Positions 18,826 to 28,334 are shown, counted from the first letter of the stretch. The stretch: DNA of 64,000 nucleotides from an uncultured Bacilli bacterium (GCA_934085675.1 CAKOHH010000001.1:6115-70114); one strand, 5' to 3'. Numbers and translations are program-made. Notes: a model not told the origin generated them from the letters alone.

Positions 18826-20190
18826 ATGTATTTAATGGATATTTATAAAGATGAAGAGAAATTAATGGATAAAGAAATAAAGGTGAGTGGTTGGATTCGT
18901 AATCATCGACATGGCTCTAATTTTGGCTTTATTGATTTAGCAGATGGCACTTCTATTAAAAAACTTCAGGTTGTCTATGATACGACTTTACCAAATTTTA
19001 AAGAAGTGGATACAATTAACTTTGGCTCTTCTATTGAAGTAGAAGGTATCTTAAAAAAAGGAGAGGGAACGCAAAGTGTTGAATTAAAAGCTACAAAAAT
19101 AACCTTACTTGGCGAGTGTGCAAAAGATTATCCTTTACAACCTAAAAAACATAGTAAAGAATTTTTAAGAAGCATCGCTCATTTAAGACCAAGAGCAAAC
19201 TTATTCCAAGCCGTCTTTCGGATTCGTTCTTTGGCTGCTTTTGCCATTCACGAATACTTTCAATCAAGAGGTTATATTTACTTTAATGCTCCTTTAATTA
19301 CAGCATCTGACTGTGAAGGCGCTGGGGAAATGTTTCAAGTAACAACAATACCTTTAGATAAAATAAAAGGCGAAGTAGATTATAAAAAAGATTTCTTTGG
19401 TAAACAAACTTCTTTAACAGTATCTGGCCAATTAGAAGCTGAAACTTTTGCAACTGCTTTTTCCAAGGTTTACACCTTTGGCCCTACTTTTAGAGCAGAA
19501 AACTCAAATACCAAAACGCATGCTGCAGAATTTTGGATGGTCGAACCAGAAATTGCTTTCTGTGATTTAGATGAGTTAATGGATATTGAAGAAGATATGT
19601 TAAAACATGTTGTTTCTTATGTATTAGAACATGGTAAAGATGAATTAGCTTTCTTAGATAAATTCGTATCTAATGGCTTAATTAACAAACTAGAAACCTT
19701 AACTAAAAGTACTTTTACCCGTGTTACTCATGAAGAAGTTATTACTATTTTAAAAAATGCTAAGCAAAAATGGGAATTTGAACCAGAATATGGAGAAGAT
19801 ATTCATAAAGAACATGAAACCTTTATTACCGAATATTTTCATGGTCCTGTTTTCATCACTGATTGGCCTAAAGATATTAAAGCCTTTTATATGAAACAAA
19901 ATGAAGATGGTAAAACCGTTCGAGCTGTAGACTTAGAAGTTCCTTTATCCGGTGAACTTATGGGCGGTAGTCAAAGAGAAGAAGATTATGACAAGCTTTT
20001 AAAACGTATGGAAGAGCTTCATATGAATACCGAAGAGTTAAAATGGTATACCGATTTACGTAAATACGGTACGGTAGTCCATTCTGGTTTTGGTATGGGC
20101 TTTGAAAGACTTTTAATTTATCTAACTGGCGTTGATAACATTCGTGATGTTATTGCTTACCCAAGAGTTCCAGGTTCTTGTGAATTCTAG
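18826..20190 (+). CDS. asnS: Asparaginyl-tRNA synthetase
   Basis: 454 aa class IIb; FRAENSNTKTHAAEFWMVEPEIAF and GGSQREE/GFGMGFERL motifs characteristic of AsnRS rather than AspRS. Confidence 0.93.
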   Translation: MYLMDIYKDEEKLMDKEIKVSGWIRNHRHGSNFGFIDLADGTSIKKLQVVYDTTLPNFKEVDTINFGSSIEVEGILKKGEGTQSVELKATKITLLGECAKDYPLQPKKHSKEFLRSIAHLRPRANLFQAVFRIRSLAAFAIHEYFQSRGYIYFNAPLITASDCEGAGEMFQVTTIPLDKIKGEVDYKKDFFGKQTSLTVSGQLEAETFATAFSKVYTFGPTFRAENSNTKTHAAEFWMVEPEIAFCDLDELMDIEEDMLKHVVSYVLEHGKDELAFLDKFVSNGLINKLETLTKSTFTRVTHEEVITILKNAKQKWEFEPEYGEDIHKEHETFITEYFHGPVFITDWPKDIKAFYMKQNEDGKTVRAVDLEVPLSGELMGGSQREEDYDKLLKRMEELHMNTEELKWYTDLRKYGTVVHSGFGMGFERLLIYLTGVDNIRDVIAYPRVPGSCEF

Positions 20191-20326
20191 AGATGAACTA
20201 AACTTAAAAGAAGTCCTGATGATTTAAAACAAGTACTACTGGTATGGATAACTTAATGGGTTTCATAAGTAGTCTTACTGAAATACAATTAAAAAACTCA
20301 TTATCAGAGTAAGAGAGGAGAAAAAA

Positions 20327-20623
20327 ATGAATAAATTTACAAAAGAAATGATTGATAGTTATGCGGATAAATTACTTATTGGCTTAACCGATGAAGAAAA
20401 AGATATGATAACTCTTGAATTCGATAATATTGATAAGAGTATACAATCTGTTTTAGAAATACCTAATTTAAGTGAAGTAGAGCCTATGACACATACTTTA
20501 GATGATTTTGTTTACGAATTAAGAGAAGATGAACCAGAAGAATCGGTTCCAATTGATGATTTATTAAGAAATAGTGGCGATGAAGACGGTGCCTACATCG
20601 TCGTACCAAAGGTGGTGGGATAA
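20327..20623 (+). CDS. gatC: Glu/Asp-tRNA(Gln/Asn) amidotransferase subunit C
   Basis: 98 aa, immediately precedes gatA/gatB; RBS AGAGAGGAG. Confidence 0.9.
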   Translation: MNKFTKEMIDSYADKLLIGLTDEEKDMITLEFDNIDKSIQSVLEIPNLSEVEPMTHTLDDFVYELREDEPEESVPIDDLLRNSGDEDGAYIVVPKVVG

Positions 20624-22075
20624 ATGATGGATAAAAGTATTAGTTTCTTACATGAAAAATTAATTAATAAGGAAGTGACAAGTGATGAACTTGTTAAAGA
20701 GTCTTTAGAAAAATCACATGAAGTTCAAGCCTCATGTAATGCCTTTGTTACCATTTTAGATGATGCAAAAGGCACTGAAGTAACAGATAACTTATTATCT
20801 GGTATTCCTTATGGTGTTAAAGATAATTATTCTACGGCTGGTGTTTTATCAACGGGTTCTTCTAACATCTTAAAAAACTATGTACCATTTTTTGATGCAA
20901 CTGCTGTTAAAAACTTAAAAAAAGCTGGCGCGATTATGGTTAATAAAACTGCTTTAGACGAATTTGGAATGGGGGGAACCGGAACAACTTGTCATACAGG
21001 TGTTGTGACAAACCCTTGGGATCACACAAGAATGACTGCAGGATCATCTGCTGGTTCTGCAGCTGCTGTCGCGGCTGGTGTTTATCCTTATGCTCTTGGA
21101 AGTGATACTGGGGACTCTATTCGTAAACCGGCGGCTTACTGTGGTATTGTTGGTTACAAACCTACTTATGGTATGATTAGTCGTTATGGGTTATTTCCTT
21201 TTGCTTCTAGTTTAGACCACTGTGGTGTTTTAACAAGAAGTGTTTTAGATGCCGCCATCGTAGTTGATGCTATGAAAGGTATTGATAAAAATGATATGAC
21301 TAGTTTTGATAGTAAAGATATCCATTTAAAAGACGCTCTTCAAAAAGATATACCTTTAAAGAAAGTTTGTTATATTAAAGAAATATGTGATATGAATCGT
21401 TACCCTAATGCTAGTGATGAATTAAAAAGTCATTTAGAAAACTTCCATAATACTTTAAAACATTTTAAAGATTTAGGTATTGAAGTAGATGAAGTATCCG
21501 TTGATGAAAAACTTTTAAAGGCTGTGGCAAGTGTCTATGTTATTATTTCTTGCGCTGAAGCAAGTAGTAATATGTCTAACTTAACTGGTATCATTTTTGG
21601 CCCAAGAGGTGAGGGTGATAATTACATTGATATGATGAAAGATGCCCGTACTAAAGGATTCTCAAGTTTAATTAAACGTCGTTTTGTGATAGGCTCTTAT
21701 GTTTTACAAAAAGAAAATCAAGACCGATATTTCCATAATGCTCAACGTGTTCGTCGTTTAATTGTAGATACTTACAAAAATTTATTCAAAGAATATGATG
21801 CCGTTATTTTACCAGTGGGATCAGGACCAGCTAAAAAACTTAGTGAAGCTAAAAATATTTTAGATGAAAATACGCAAGTCTTAGAAGAACATTTACAAAT
21901 TGGTAACTTTGGTGGTTTCCCATCTATAACTATTCCTGATGGCTTTGTAAATGGCTTACCTGTAGGTATTAATATTACGGGTAATTGTTATGAAGATGAA
22001 AAAGTTTTAAAATTAGCATCCTTATTAGAAAGTCAAATGAATTATAAAGGCCAAATTGCTAAGGAGGTAAAATAA
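20624..22075 (+). CDS. gatA: Glu/Asp-tRNA amidotransferase subunit A (amidase signature family)
   Basis: 483 aa; amidase signature GGSSGGSAAAVAAG-like (AGSSAGSAAAVAAG), Ser-cisSer-Lys. Confidence 0.95.
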   Translation: MMDKSISFLHEKLINKEVTSDELVKESLEKSHEVQASCNAFVTILDDAKGTEVTDNLLSGIPYGVKDNYSTAGVLSTGSSNILKNYVPFFDATAVKNLKKAGAIMVNKTALDEFGMGGTGTTCHTGVVTNPWDHTRMTAGSSAGSAAAVAAGVYPYALGSDTGDSIRKPAAYCGIVGYKPTYGMISRYGLFPFASSLDHCGVLTRSVLDAAIVVDAMKGIDKNDMTSFDSKDIHLKDALQKDIPLKKVCYIKEICDMNRYPNASDELKSHLENFHNTLKHFKDLGIEVDEVSVDEKLLKAVASVYVIISCAEASSNMSNLTGIIFGPRGEGDNYIDMMKDARTKGFSSLIKRRFVIGSYVLQKENQDRYFHNAQRVRRLIVDTYKNLFKEYDAVILPVGSGPAKKLSEAKNILDENTQVLEEHLQIGNFGGFPSITIPDGFVNGLPVGINITGNCYEDEKVLKLASLLESQMNYKGQIAKEVK

Positions 22076-23532
22076 TGAGTAAATATATTGCTAAAATTGG
22101 CTTAGAAATGCACTGTGAGATATCAAAAACTAAAAGTAAAGTATTCTCAAGTGCAAGAAACACTTATTCAGATGAGCCAAACTCTTCGGTAAGACCTTTA
22201 GATATGGCTTTCCCAGGAACTTTGCCAGTTGTTAATAAAGAAGCCGTAAGACTTTCTTTAATGGCTTCCATGATTATGCATTGTTCGCAACCAGAATATA
22301 TGTATTTTGAAAGAAAAAACTACTATTATCCTGATTTACCAAAAGGTTTTCAATTAACGCAAGAAACTAAACCAATACCCGTTGGTATTTATGGTTATGT
22401 AGATTATGAATGTGATGGAGAAATGAAACGTGTACGCGTTAATAATATTCACTTAGAAGAAGATGCGGCTAGTCTTGATCACTATGAAACAACATCGACA
22501 ATTGATTATAATAGAGCAGGAGTGCCTTTACTAGAACTTGTTACTGAGCCAGATTTTCATTCAGCCAATGAGGCAGTGGCTTTTCTAGAACATATGCGTC
22601 GTACTTATCAATATGCTGGTATTTCAGATGCCGATCCTAAAAAAGGCCAAATTAGATGTGATGTGAACGTATCTATTATGGATAACAGTCTTGATGAAGA
22701 AAATCCAGCAAACTGGGGTACTAAAATTGAAATTAAAAATGTTAACTCTTTTGGTGGTGTAAGAGATGCCATTAACTATGAGATTGAAAGACAAACAGAA
22801 CTTAAAGAAAATGGCACTTATGATGAAATGCCACAGCAAACAAGAAGATGGGATGAAGATACTTTTAGCACGATTTACATGCGTAGTAAAGCCGATGCCG
22901 TTGATTACAAATATTTTGTAGAACCTAATATTCCTAAATTTAAAATTAGTCCTTCTTGGTTAGAAGAAATAAGATCTTCTATTCCAAAACTAGCTCATGA
23001 ACGTAAAGAAGATTATACGAGAAACTATGGTTTATCTTCTTATGACGCTAATGTCCTAGTTAAAGATAAAGCTATTTCTGATTATTTTGAAGAATGTTTA
23101 AAACTCTCTATAGATCCTAAAACAGCGTCTAATTGGATAACTGTTACTATTGTGGGTGAACTTAATAAAGAAAATATAAATATTAGTGACTTTTTTATTA
23201 CTCCTGTTTATTTAAAACAAATTATTGATGGTATCAAAGATGGGATTTTATCTTCCAAACAAGCCAAAGAAGTTTTTTATAAAGCCCTTGAAGAGAAAAA
23301 AGAACCGAAAAACTTTATTAGTAAGGAAAATGGCCAAATTTCAGATACCACTGAACTTACTTCAATTATTGTAAATATTCTTGATAAAAATCAAACGCAA
23401 ATTGAGGCTTATAAAGCAGGAAAAACAAATTTATTTGATTATTTCGTTGGTCAAGTTATGAAAGAAACAAGAGGAAAAGCCAATCCTGTTTTAACCAAAG
23501 AAATTTTAACACAGGAACTTAATAAAAAATAA
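22075..23532 (+). CDS. gatB: Glu/Asp-tRNA amidotransferase subunit B
   Basis: 485 aa; MAFPGTLPV, NRAGVPLLE(L)VTEPD motifs; ATGA overlap with gatA. Confidence 0.95.
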   Translation: MSKYIAKIGLEMHCEISKTKSKVFSSARNTYSDEPNSSVRPLDMAFPGTLPVVNKEAVRLSLMASMIMHCSQPEYMYFERKNYYYPDLPKGFQLTQETKPIPVGIYGYVDYECDGEMKRVRVNNIHLEEDAASLDHYETTSTIDYNRAGVPLLELVTEPDFHSANEAVAFLEHMRRTYQYAGISDADPKKGQIRCDVNVSIMDNSLDEENPANWGTKIEIKNVNSFGGVRDAINYEIERQTELKENGTYDEMPQQTRRWDEDTFSTIYMRSKADAVDYKYFVEPNIPKFKISPSWLEEIRSSIPKLAHERKEDYTRNYGLSSYDANVLVKDKAISDYFEECLKLSIDPKTASNWITVTIVGELNKENINISDFFITPVYLKQIIDGIKDGILSSKQAKEVFYKALEEKKEPKNFISKENGQISDTTELTSIIVNILDKNQTQIEAYKAGKTNLFDYFVGQVMKETRGKANPVLTKEILTQELNKK

Positions 23533-23690
23533 AAGTGAAAGTAACTTTTAAAATTCAGTTTTTAAAAAAAATAACGGTGTACCGTTAGCATTTTCTAAAA
23601 AAGTATGTTATAATGTCTATGGATGAGGAAAAACTCATCTATAGCCTCGGCTATTAAGTCCTTAGTTTTTACTTAGGATAGGGTTTACGG

Positions 23691-23725
23691 AAAAATAGAT
23701 AGGCAAAAGCGTCTATCTATTTTTG
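23691..23725. terminator. Bidirectional Rho-independent terminator between gatB (+) and HTH gene (-)
   Basis: AAAAATAGATAG(gcaaaagcgt)CTATCTATTTTT, A-run/T-run on both sides. Confidence 0.6.
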
Positions 23726-23750
23726 TTTGTGATAATTTTTTCTAAATCTT

Positions 23751-24011
23751 TTAAGAATTAATTTTTGATTTAGGATAAGGTTTGCGAATATCAGTAAGCC
23801 CTAATAAATAATCTATACTGACATCATAAAATTTAGCCAGCATGGCTATTTTATCAATAGGCATAACTCTAATACCACGTTCATATCTGGAATATTGTAC
23901 TTGGCTAGTTTTCAAAACTTTGGCAATATCCACTTGCTGTAAATCACGGTCTTGTCTAATTTCTTTTAATCTATCTATATTCAACTTTATCACCCAACAC
24001 CATTTTTTCAT
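23751..24011 (-). CDS. XRE-family helix-turn-helix transcriptional regulator
   Basis: 86 aa; HTH_3-like QQVDIAKVLKTSQVQYSRYERG; start codon uncertain. Confidence 0.7.
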   Translation of the reverse strand: MKKWCWVIKLNIDRLKEIRQDRDLQQVDIAKVLKTSQVQYSRYERGIRVMPIDKIAMLAKFYDVSIDYLLGLTDIRKPYPKSKINS

Positions 24012-24133
24012 ATAACCAAATAGTTATCTTAAATTTATTACCAATCAGTTATATCATATGAATAACCTTCTAAATATATAATGAAAATAACTAATAAAAT
24101 AAGAAAGACAACTAAATAATTTTTTAAACAGCA

Positions 24134-24163
24134 TTGCTAATCGTTTTATTTTATTGTATAATT
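24134..24163 (+). promoter_or_regulatory. Sigma-A promoter (TTGCTA-17-TATAAT, TG-extended) driving a structured leader
   Basis: TTGCTAatcgttttattttatTGTATAAT. Confidence 0.5.
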
Positions 24164-24169
24164 TAATTA

Positions 24170-24340
24170 CCAAGTGTAAGATAGTTACATAAAACCGACT
24201 ATGGTGATATACGGGAATCAGAACCTTATATGGTGTAGAAAACTAATCCGTTAAGTGCATTAGGATCCTAAAATGTAAGTGAGATGCCCACCTGCGAGAA
24301 AGCGGGGATTTTATCACGCTGACTTACATTTGGTTTTTTT
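24170..24340 (+). promoter_or_regulatory. Structured 5' leader with intrinsic terminator (riboswitch/attenuator-like, class not assigned)
   Basis: ~170-nt leader; terminator AAATGTAAGT...ACTTACATTT + T7 at 24271-24340; alternative pairing GGTGATA(24202)/TATCAC(24311); internal hairpin CCUGC-GAGAAA-GCGGG. Confidence 0.5.
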
Positions 24341-24362
24341 ATGAAATAAAGGTTGTGATATT

Positions 24363-25052
24363 ATGTTTGAAAGAATTGAAAGATTATTAGAAATTGAAAC
24401 TATCAATAAAATAAAAGAGACAAAGATTTTGTTAATTGGTTTAGGTGGTGTGGGAGGCTATACCTTTGAATCTCTTCTTAGAACAGGATTTAAAGAAATA
24501 GCTGTCATAGACAAGGATGTTTTTGACATTACCAATTTAAATAGGCAAATTTACGCCACAACAAAAACTATTGGCATAGATAAAGTCGAGGCGGCCTTTA
24601 AAAGAGCTACTTTAATTCCTTCAAATACCCTTGTTACAAGGATTAAAAAAGAATTAACAGAAGAAGATATTACTAAAGAGTTTTTAACTAATTATGACTA
24701 TATTTTAGATGCTTGTGACTGCGTACCGGTAAAAATTAAACTCATTGAAGTATGTAGTAGAGAAAAAATAAAACTGATTACATGTATGGGAACAGCCAAT
24801 AAAACACATCCTGAAATGCTTCAGATTGTTCCTCTTAAAAATACGCAAAGTGATCCTTTAGCTAAAAAAATTCGTAACAAATTAAGTAAGAATCCTAAAG
24901 CTATGAAATCTATATGTGTTTGTAGTTTAGAAGTTCCTAAACACCAAGCTCTTTTAGGTACCATTTGTGCAGTACCAATGGCAGCCGGGGCAATGATGTC
25001 TAGTTATGTAATTAATGACATTAAAAAAACAGCTATTAATCATGAAAAATAG
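24363..25052 (+). CDS. ThiF/MoeB/TcdA-family E1-like adenylyltransferase-fold protein (tRNA ct6A dehydratase-like)
   Basis: 229 aa; Rossmann GxGxxG (LIGLGGVGGYTFESL), DxD...NRQ motif; no C-terminal CxxC pair. Confidence 0.75.
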   Translation: MFERIERLLEIETINKIKETKILLIGLGGVGGYTFESLLRTGFKEIAVIDKDVFDITNLNRQIYATTKTIGIDKVEAAFKRATLIPSNTLVTRIKKELTEEDITKEFLTNYDYILDACDCVPVKIKLIEVCSREKIKLITCMGTANKTHPEMLQIVPLKNTQSDPLAKKIRNKLSKNPKAMKSICVCSLEVPKHQALLGTICAVPMAAGAMMSSYVINDIKKTAINHEK

Positions 25053-25920
25053 CTGTTTTTAATTTATCTGAAACTTTATTTAAGGATAAACTTTCAGATA
25101 TTCCCTCAAAAATAGGGAGGGTGATATCCTTATCCTTTAAAATGCGCTTTACCGTTTCTAAATTTGCTAAACCTTCTACGGTATTTTTTGAAAGATATTT
25201 TTTTCTTTTATTAACATCATGAATTAAGGTTCCATAAGTAAAATTTCGGGAATCTTTCATTGAACAAGTAAGAAGTAAGTCTCCTAAAAAAGGATAAATA
25301 TCTTCATCTACTAAGCTTTGAAGTTCTTTAATTACCTCATTTAAATAGGTAAAATGGCTATTTTGAAAAGGATATAAAGAACTTATCATTCCTGCTCCTA
25401 TGGCATAAATATTTTTTAAATTATTACATATTTCCAACGAAATAGCGTCTTTTATAAAGATAGGTTTAATAAAAGGTGGCCATAAAGTTTTAATTTGATT
25501 TGTCTTTTTAAAATCATTAATTGAAAAAGTAATTGAAGTAGGAGAGGCTTCATTTAATTCTTTGGCTAAATTAGGTCCGCCAAAAATAGAATATGAAACT
25601 TGTTTTTTATCTAAATAATTACTTATAAAATAAGGTGGCTTTGGTAAAAAACCTTTTGTTCCTAAAAATAAAATTTTATTTGTTAAATCATTTGTTAAGA
25701 TTTGTTCTAATATTTTTTCTAAATAAGGAGTACTAACTAAAACAAAAATAAAATCATTATTTTGAACAGCTTCATTTAAATTGTAAGTAATATTTAACTT
25801 TTTCTTTTTTAAATGAAAATTAGGACTCCACATGGTAAGATTGTTTTCCTTTTTGTTTTGAAAAACATGATATAAGGCTTTGGAAAAGGCTCCATCGCCA
25901 ACAAGTAGTATTTTGTTCAT
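25036..25920 (-). CDS. gpsA: NAD(P)H-dependent glycerol-3-phosphate dehydrogenase-like protein
   Basis: 294 aa; GGPNLAKELNEASPTSITFS and C-terminal TYGTL..DV...VEG...LPI resemble GpsA; N-terminal dinucleotide motif degenerate (GDGAFS). Confidence 0.6.
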   Translation of the reverse strand: MNKILLVGDGAFSKALYHVFQNKKENNLTMWSPNFHLKKKKLNITYNLNEAVQNNDFIFVLVSTPYLEKILEQILTNDLTNKILFLGTKGFLPKPPYFISNYLDKKQVSYSIFGGPNLAKELNEASPTSITFSINDFKKTNQIKTLWPPFIKPIFIKDAISLEICNNLKNIYAIGAGMISSLYPFQNSHFTYLNEVIKELQSLVDEDIYPFLGDLLLTCSMKDSRNFTYGTLIHDVNKRKKYLSKNTVEGLANLETVKRILKDKDITLPIFEGISESLSLNKVSDKLKTAIFHD

Positions 25921-25921
25921 A

Positions 25922-27118
25922 TTATTCTCCCTTCATTTCGTGCCATAGTTTATTTAAATTATTTTCATATTTATTATCACGTGGATGATAATATTTTTTT
26001 CCTCTTAAGTTAGATGGCAAATATTCTTGTTTAACGTAAGAATTTTTATAGTTATGAGGATATAAATAAGTAGTACTAGTTGTTTTAATATTATCTGGAA
26101 CATTACCAGTAGAGCCTTTTCTAATGTCATTTAAGGCTTCATCTAAGGCTATGTGAGCAGAGTTTGATTTGGGAGACAAGGCCATCTCGGTAATGACTGT
26201 GCCCAAAGGAATGCGAGCCTCAGGAAGACCTACTAATTCGGCTGCAGAAATAGCGGCCATTACCTTGGGACCAATGGAAGGATTGGCAAGACCAATATCT
26301 TCATAAGCAATCACACTCATTCGTCTATAAATGCTATCTAAGTCACCTGCTTCAATTAAACGAGCCAGATAATGTAAAGCAGCATCCACATCACTTCCCC
26401 GAATTGATTTTTGAAAAGCCGACAATACATCATAATGTCCATCTTCGTTTTTATCATGAAAAAAGACTGGCTTACTTTGAATATTCTTTAATAATTCAAG
26501 CGTTAAATGATGATCACTAGAAGCATAATAAGCTGTTTCTAATAAATTTAAGGCACTTCTTACATCGCCACTTGAGTAGGTAGCAATATAGGAAAGGGCG
26601 TCATCTTCAATTTGACAACCTTCTAATTTAGTCACGGCTCTTTTAAGGCCTACTATAATATCTTCTTTTGTTAAATCATGAAGTTCAAAAATTTGCACAC
26701 GACTTCTAATAGCCGGATTAATTTTATGGTAGGGATTCGAAGTAGTAAGGCCAATTAAAGTAATTAAGCCAGATTCAATATGGGGTAATAAAATATCTTG
26801 TTTATCTTTGTTCATACGATGTATTTCATCAACAATTAAAATTAAATTACCATGCATTTTGGCTTCTTCAATAGCTATATCAAAATCACTTTTATTATTC
26901 ATAGTTGCATTTAAAAATTTATAAGGCATTTTTAAATCATGAACAATCGCATTAGCAATTGAGGTTTTGCCAATACCCGGACGGCCATATAAAATCATCG
27001 AACATAAATGTTTATTTTTTACTAAATTGGTTATAATCTTATTTTCTCCGACAAGATGTGTTTGACCAATGACTTCTTTTAAAGTTGTTGGCCGCATCTG
27101 ATTTGCTAATATTTCCAT
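25922..27118 (-). CDS. rarA: Replication-associated recombination protein A (AAA+ ATPase RarA/MgsA)
   Basis: Walker A GRPGIGKTSIA, Walker B LIVDEIHR; start set at MEILANQMRPTTL (ORF-track start 27199 is 27 codons upstream, no RBS). Confidence 0.9.
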   Translation of the reverse strand: MEILANQMRPTTLKEVIGQTHLVGENKIITNLVKNKHLCSMILYGRPGIGKTSIANAIVHDLKMPYKFLNATMNNKSDFDIAIEEAKMHGNLILIVDEIHRMNKDKQDILLPHIESGLITLIGLTTSNPYHKINPAIRSRVQIFELHDLTKEDIIVGLKRAVTKLEGCQIEDDALSYIATYSSGDVRSALNLLETAYYASSDHHLTLELLKNIQSKPVFFHDKNEDGHYDVLSAFQKSIRGSDVDAALHYLARLIEAGDLDSIYRRMSVIAYEDIGLANPSIGPKVMAAISAAELVGLPEARIPLGTVITEMALSPKSNSAHIALDEALNDIRKGSTGNVPDNIKTTSTTYLYPHNYKNSYVKQEYLPSNLRGKKYYHPRDNKYENNLNKLWHEMKGE

Positions 27119-27146
27119 ATATATCACCTTTGTTAAGTATATCAGT

Positions 27147-27175
27147 TTGACAACCTTTTGAAAAGACTTTATACT
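27147..27175 (+). promoter_or_regulatory. Sigma-A promoter for second xer-family gene (TTGACA-17-TATACT)
   Basis: TTGACAaccttttgaaaagacttTATACT, 15 nt upstream of ATG 27191. Confidence 0.55.
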
Positions 27176-27190
27176 TATCTTGTGATAAAT

Positions 27191-28066
27191 ATGGAACACG
27201 AAATTACAAATTATTTGGATTATTTAAAATACGAAAAAAAGTTAAGCGACAACACATTAAAATCTTATGCTAATGACTTAGAAGAATTTTTAAAATTTTT
27301 TGGCCCTTGTTCTTCCTCTTTAAAATTAGAAGAAAAAGATATTATTAACTTTCTAAAAACAAAAGGAAATAATGTTCGAACCCATTCTCATTATCTTTCT
27401 ACTTTAAAGGGATTTTACGCTTTTTTAAATGAAGATAAAAATATCGAACATAATCCATGCAAACAAATACCTTTTCCTAAAGTAAATGAAAAGTCTCCTA
27501 ATTATTTAACATATGAAGAAGTGGATAAATTGCTAAATTTTCCTTTAAAAACTGTATATGACTACCGAACAAAGGCCATGTTAGAAGTTTTATATGCTAC
27601 GGGACTTCGTATTAGTGAACTTGTTTCTTTAAAAGATAAAAATATTGATTTTCAAAATGAATGGTTACGTATTGAAGGAAAGGGTAAGAAAGAAAGAATT
27701 GTCCCTTTAAATGAAACATCTCTTTATTATTTGAAATTATATTTAAATAACTATCGTTCTAAACTTAAAAAGAAAGATAAAAACTATGATGAATTATTTT
27801 TAAATAATCGTGGTACGCCTATAACAAGACAAGGTATGAACAAATTATTAGGAGAAATTTCTTTAAAAACAATTGAAAGACAAGTAAATCCTCATATGTT
27901 ACGTCATTCTTTTGCTACTCATCTTCTTTTAAATGGGGCCAATTTACGGGTTATTCAAACATTTTTAGGACATAGTAGCATTACTACTACGGAGATATAT
28001 ACGCATTTTACATCCGTGAAAAATAAAGAGGAATATGATTCTTTTCATCCTCATGCCAAAAAATAA
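27191..28066 (+). CDS. Tyrosine recombinase, XerD/XerC family (second copy)
   Basis: R..HxxR..Y (RHSFATHLLLNGANLRVIQTFLGHSSITTTEIYTHF); ORF-track TTG start 27158 lies upstream of the -10 element so ATG 27191 preferred. Confidence 0.85.
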   Translation: MEHEITNYLDYLKYEKKLSDNTLKSYANDLEEFLKFFGPCSSSLKLEEKDIINFLKTKGNNVRTHSHYLSTLKGFYAFLNEDKNIEHNPCKQIPFPKVNEKSPNYLTYEEVDKLLNFPLKTVYDYRTKAMLEVLYATGLRISELVSLKDKNIDFQNEWLRIEGKGKKERIVPLNETSLYYLKLYLNNYRSKLKKKDKNYDELFLNNRGTPITRQGMNKLLGEISLKTIERQVNPHMLRHSFATHLLLNGANLRVIQTFLGHSSITTTEIYTHFTSVKNKEEYDSFHPHAKK

Positions 28067-28092
28067 GGAAGAAATAAATCATTCTTCCTTAT
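28064..28092 (+). terminator. Hairpin after xer gene
   Basis: AAGGAAGAA(ataaatcat)TCTTCCTT followed by A/T-rich tract. Confidence 0.45.
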
Positions 28093-28198
28093 TAAATTAA
28101 TCACAATTTTTTTCTTGATTTCTAGATTCACGTTTTTGATTTTGGTTATTATTTTTACGTTCTTGTTTTCTAGAATTGTTTTTTTGATTTTTTTTCAT
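28088..28198 (-). CDS. Small highly basic Lys/Asn/Gln-rich protein (36 aa), not in ORF track
   Basis: minus strand GGGAGGtaaaataaaatATG...; translation MKKNQKNNSRKQERKNNNQNQKRESRNQEKNCD*; strong SD at 10-nt spacing. Confidence 0.35.
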
Positions 28199-28334
28199 AT
28201 TTTATTTTACCTCCCACTAGTATTATGGATAAAGATTAAAAAAAGATACGTAAATTAAATAACAAATATTGGTAAAAAAGAGACTTGAGATTTTAGAAAT
28301 TTTCGGCTAAAATATATTGACGTAGGGGGAGTTT

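Noticed and set aside
24190-24260. Purine-riboswitch-like CCGACUAUGG and preQ1-like GAACC...GGUGUAGAAAACUAA strings in the tcdA leader
   Set aside because: Order and spacing of elements do not fit either consensus (P1 strands misplaced; GGUUC reversed). Left unclassified rather than forced.
27158-27190. TTG start 11 codons upstream of ATG for the second xer gene; and 27 extra N-terminal codons on rarA (to 27199)
   Set aside because: Both extensions run through the mapped TTGACA/TATACT promoter and have no SD; conserved N-termini begin at the downstream ATGs.
17546-28066. The two xer-family recombinases as boundaries of an integrated element
   Set aside because: Interval between them is core housekeeping (asnS, gatCAB, rarA, gpsA); both look like chromosomal XerC/XerD paralogues rather than phage integrases.
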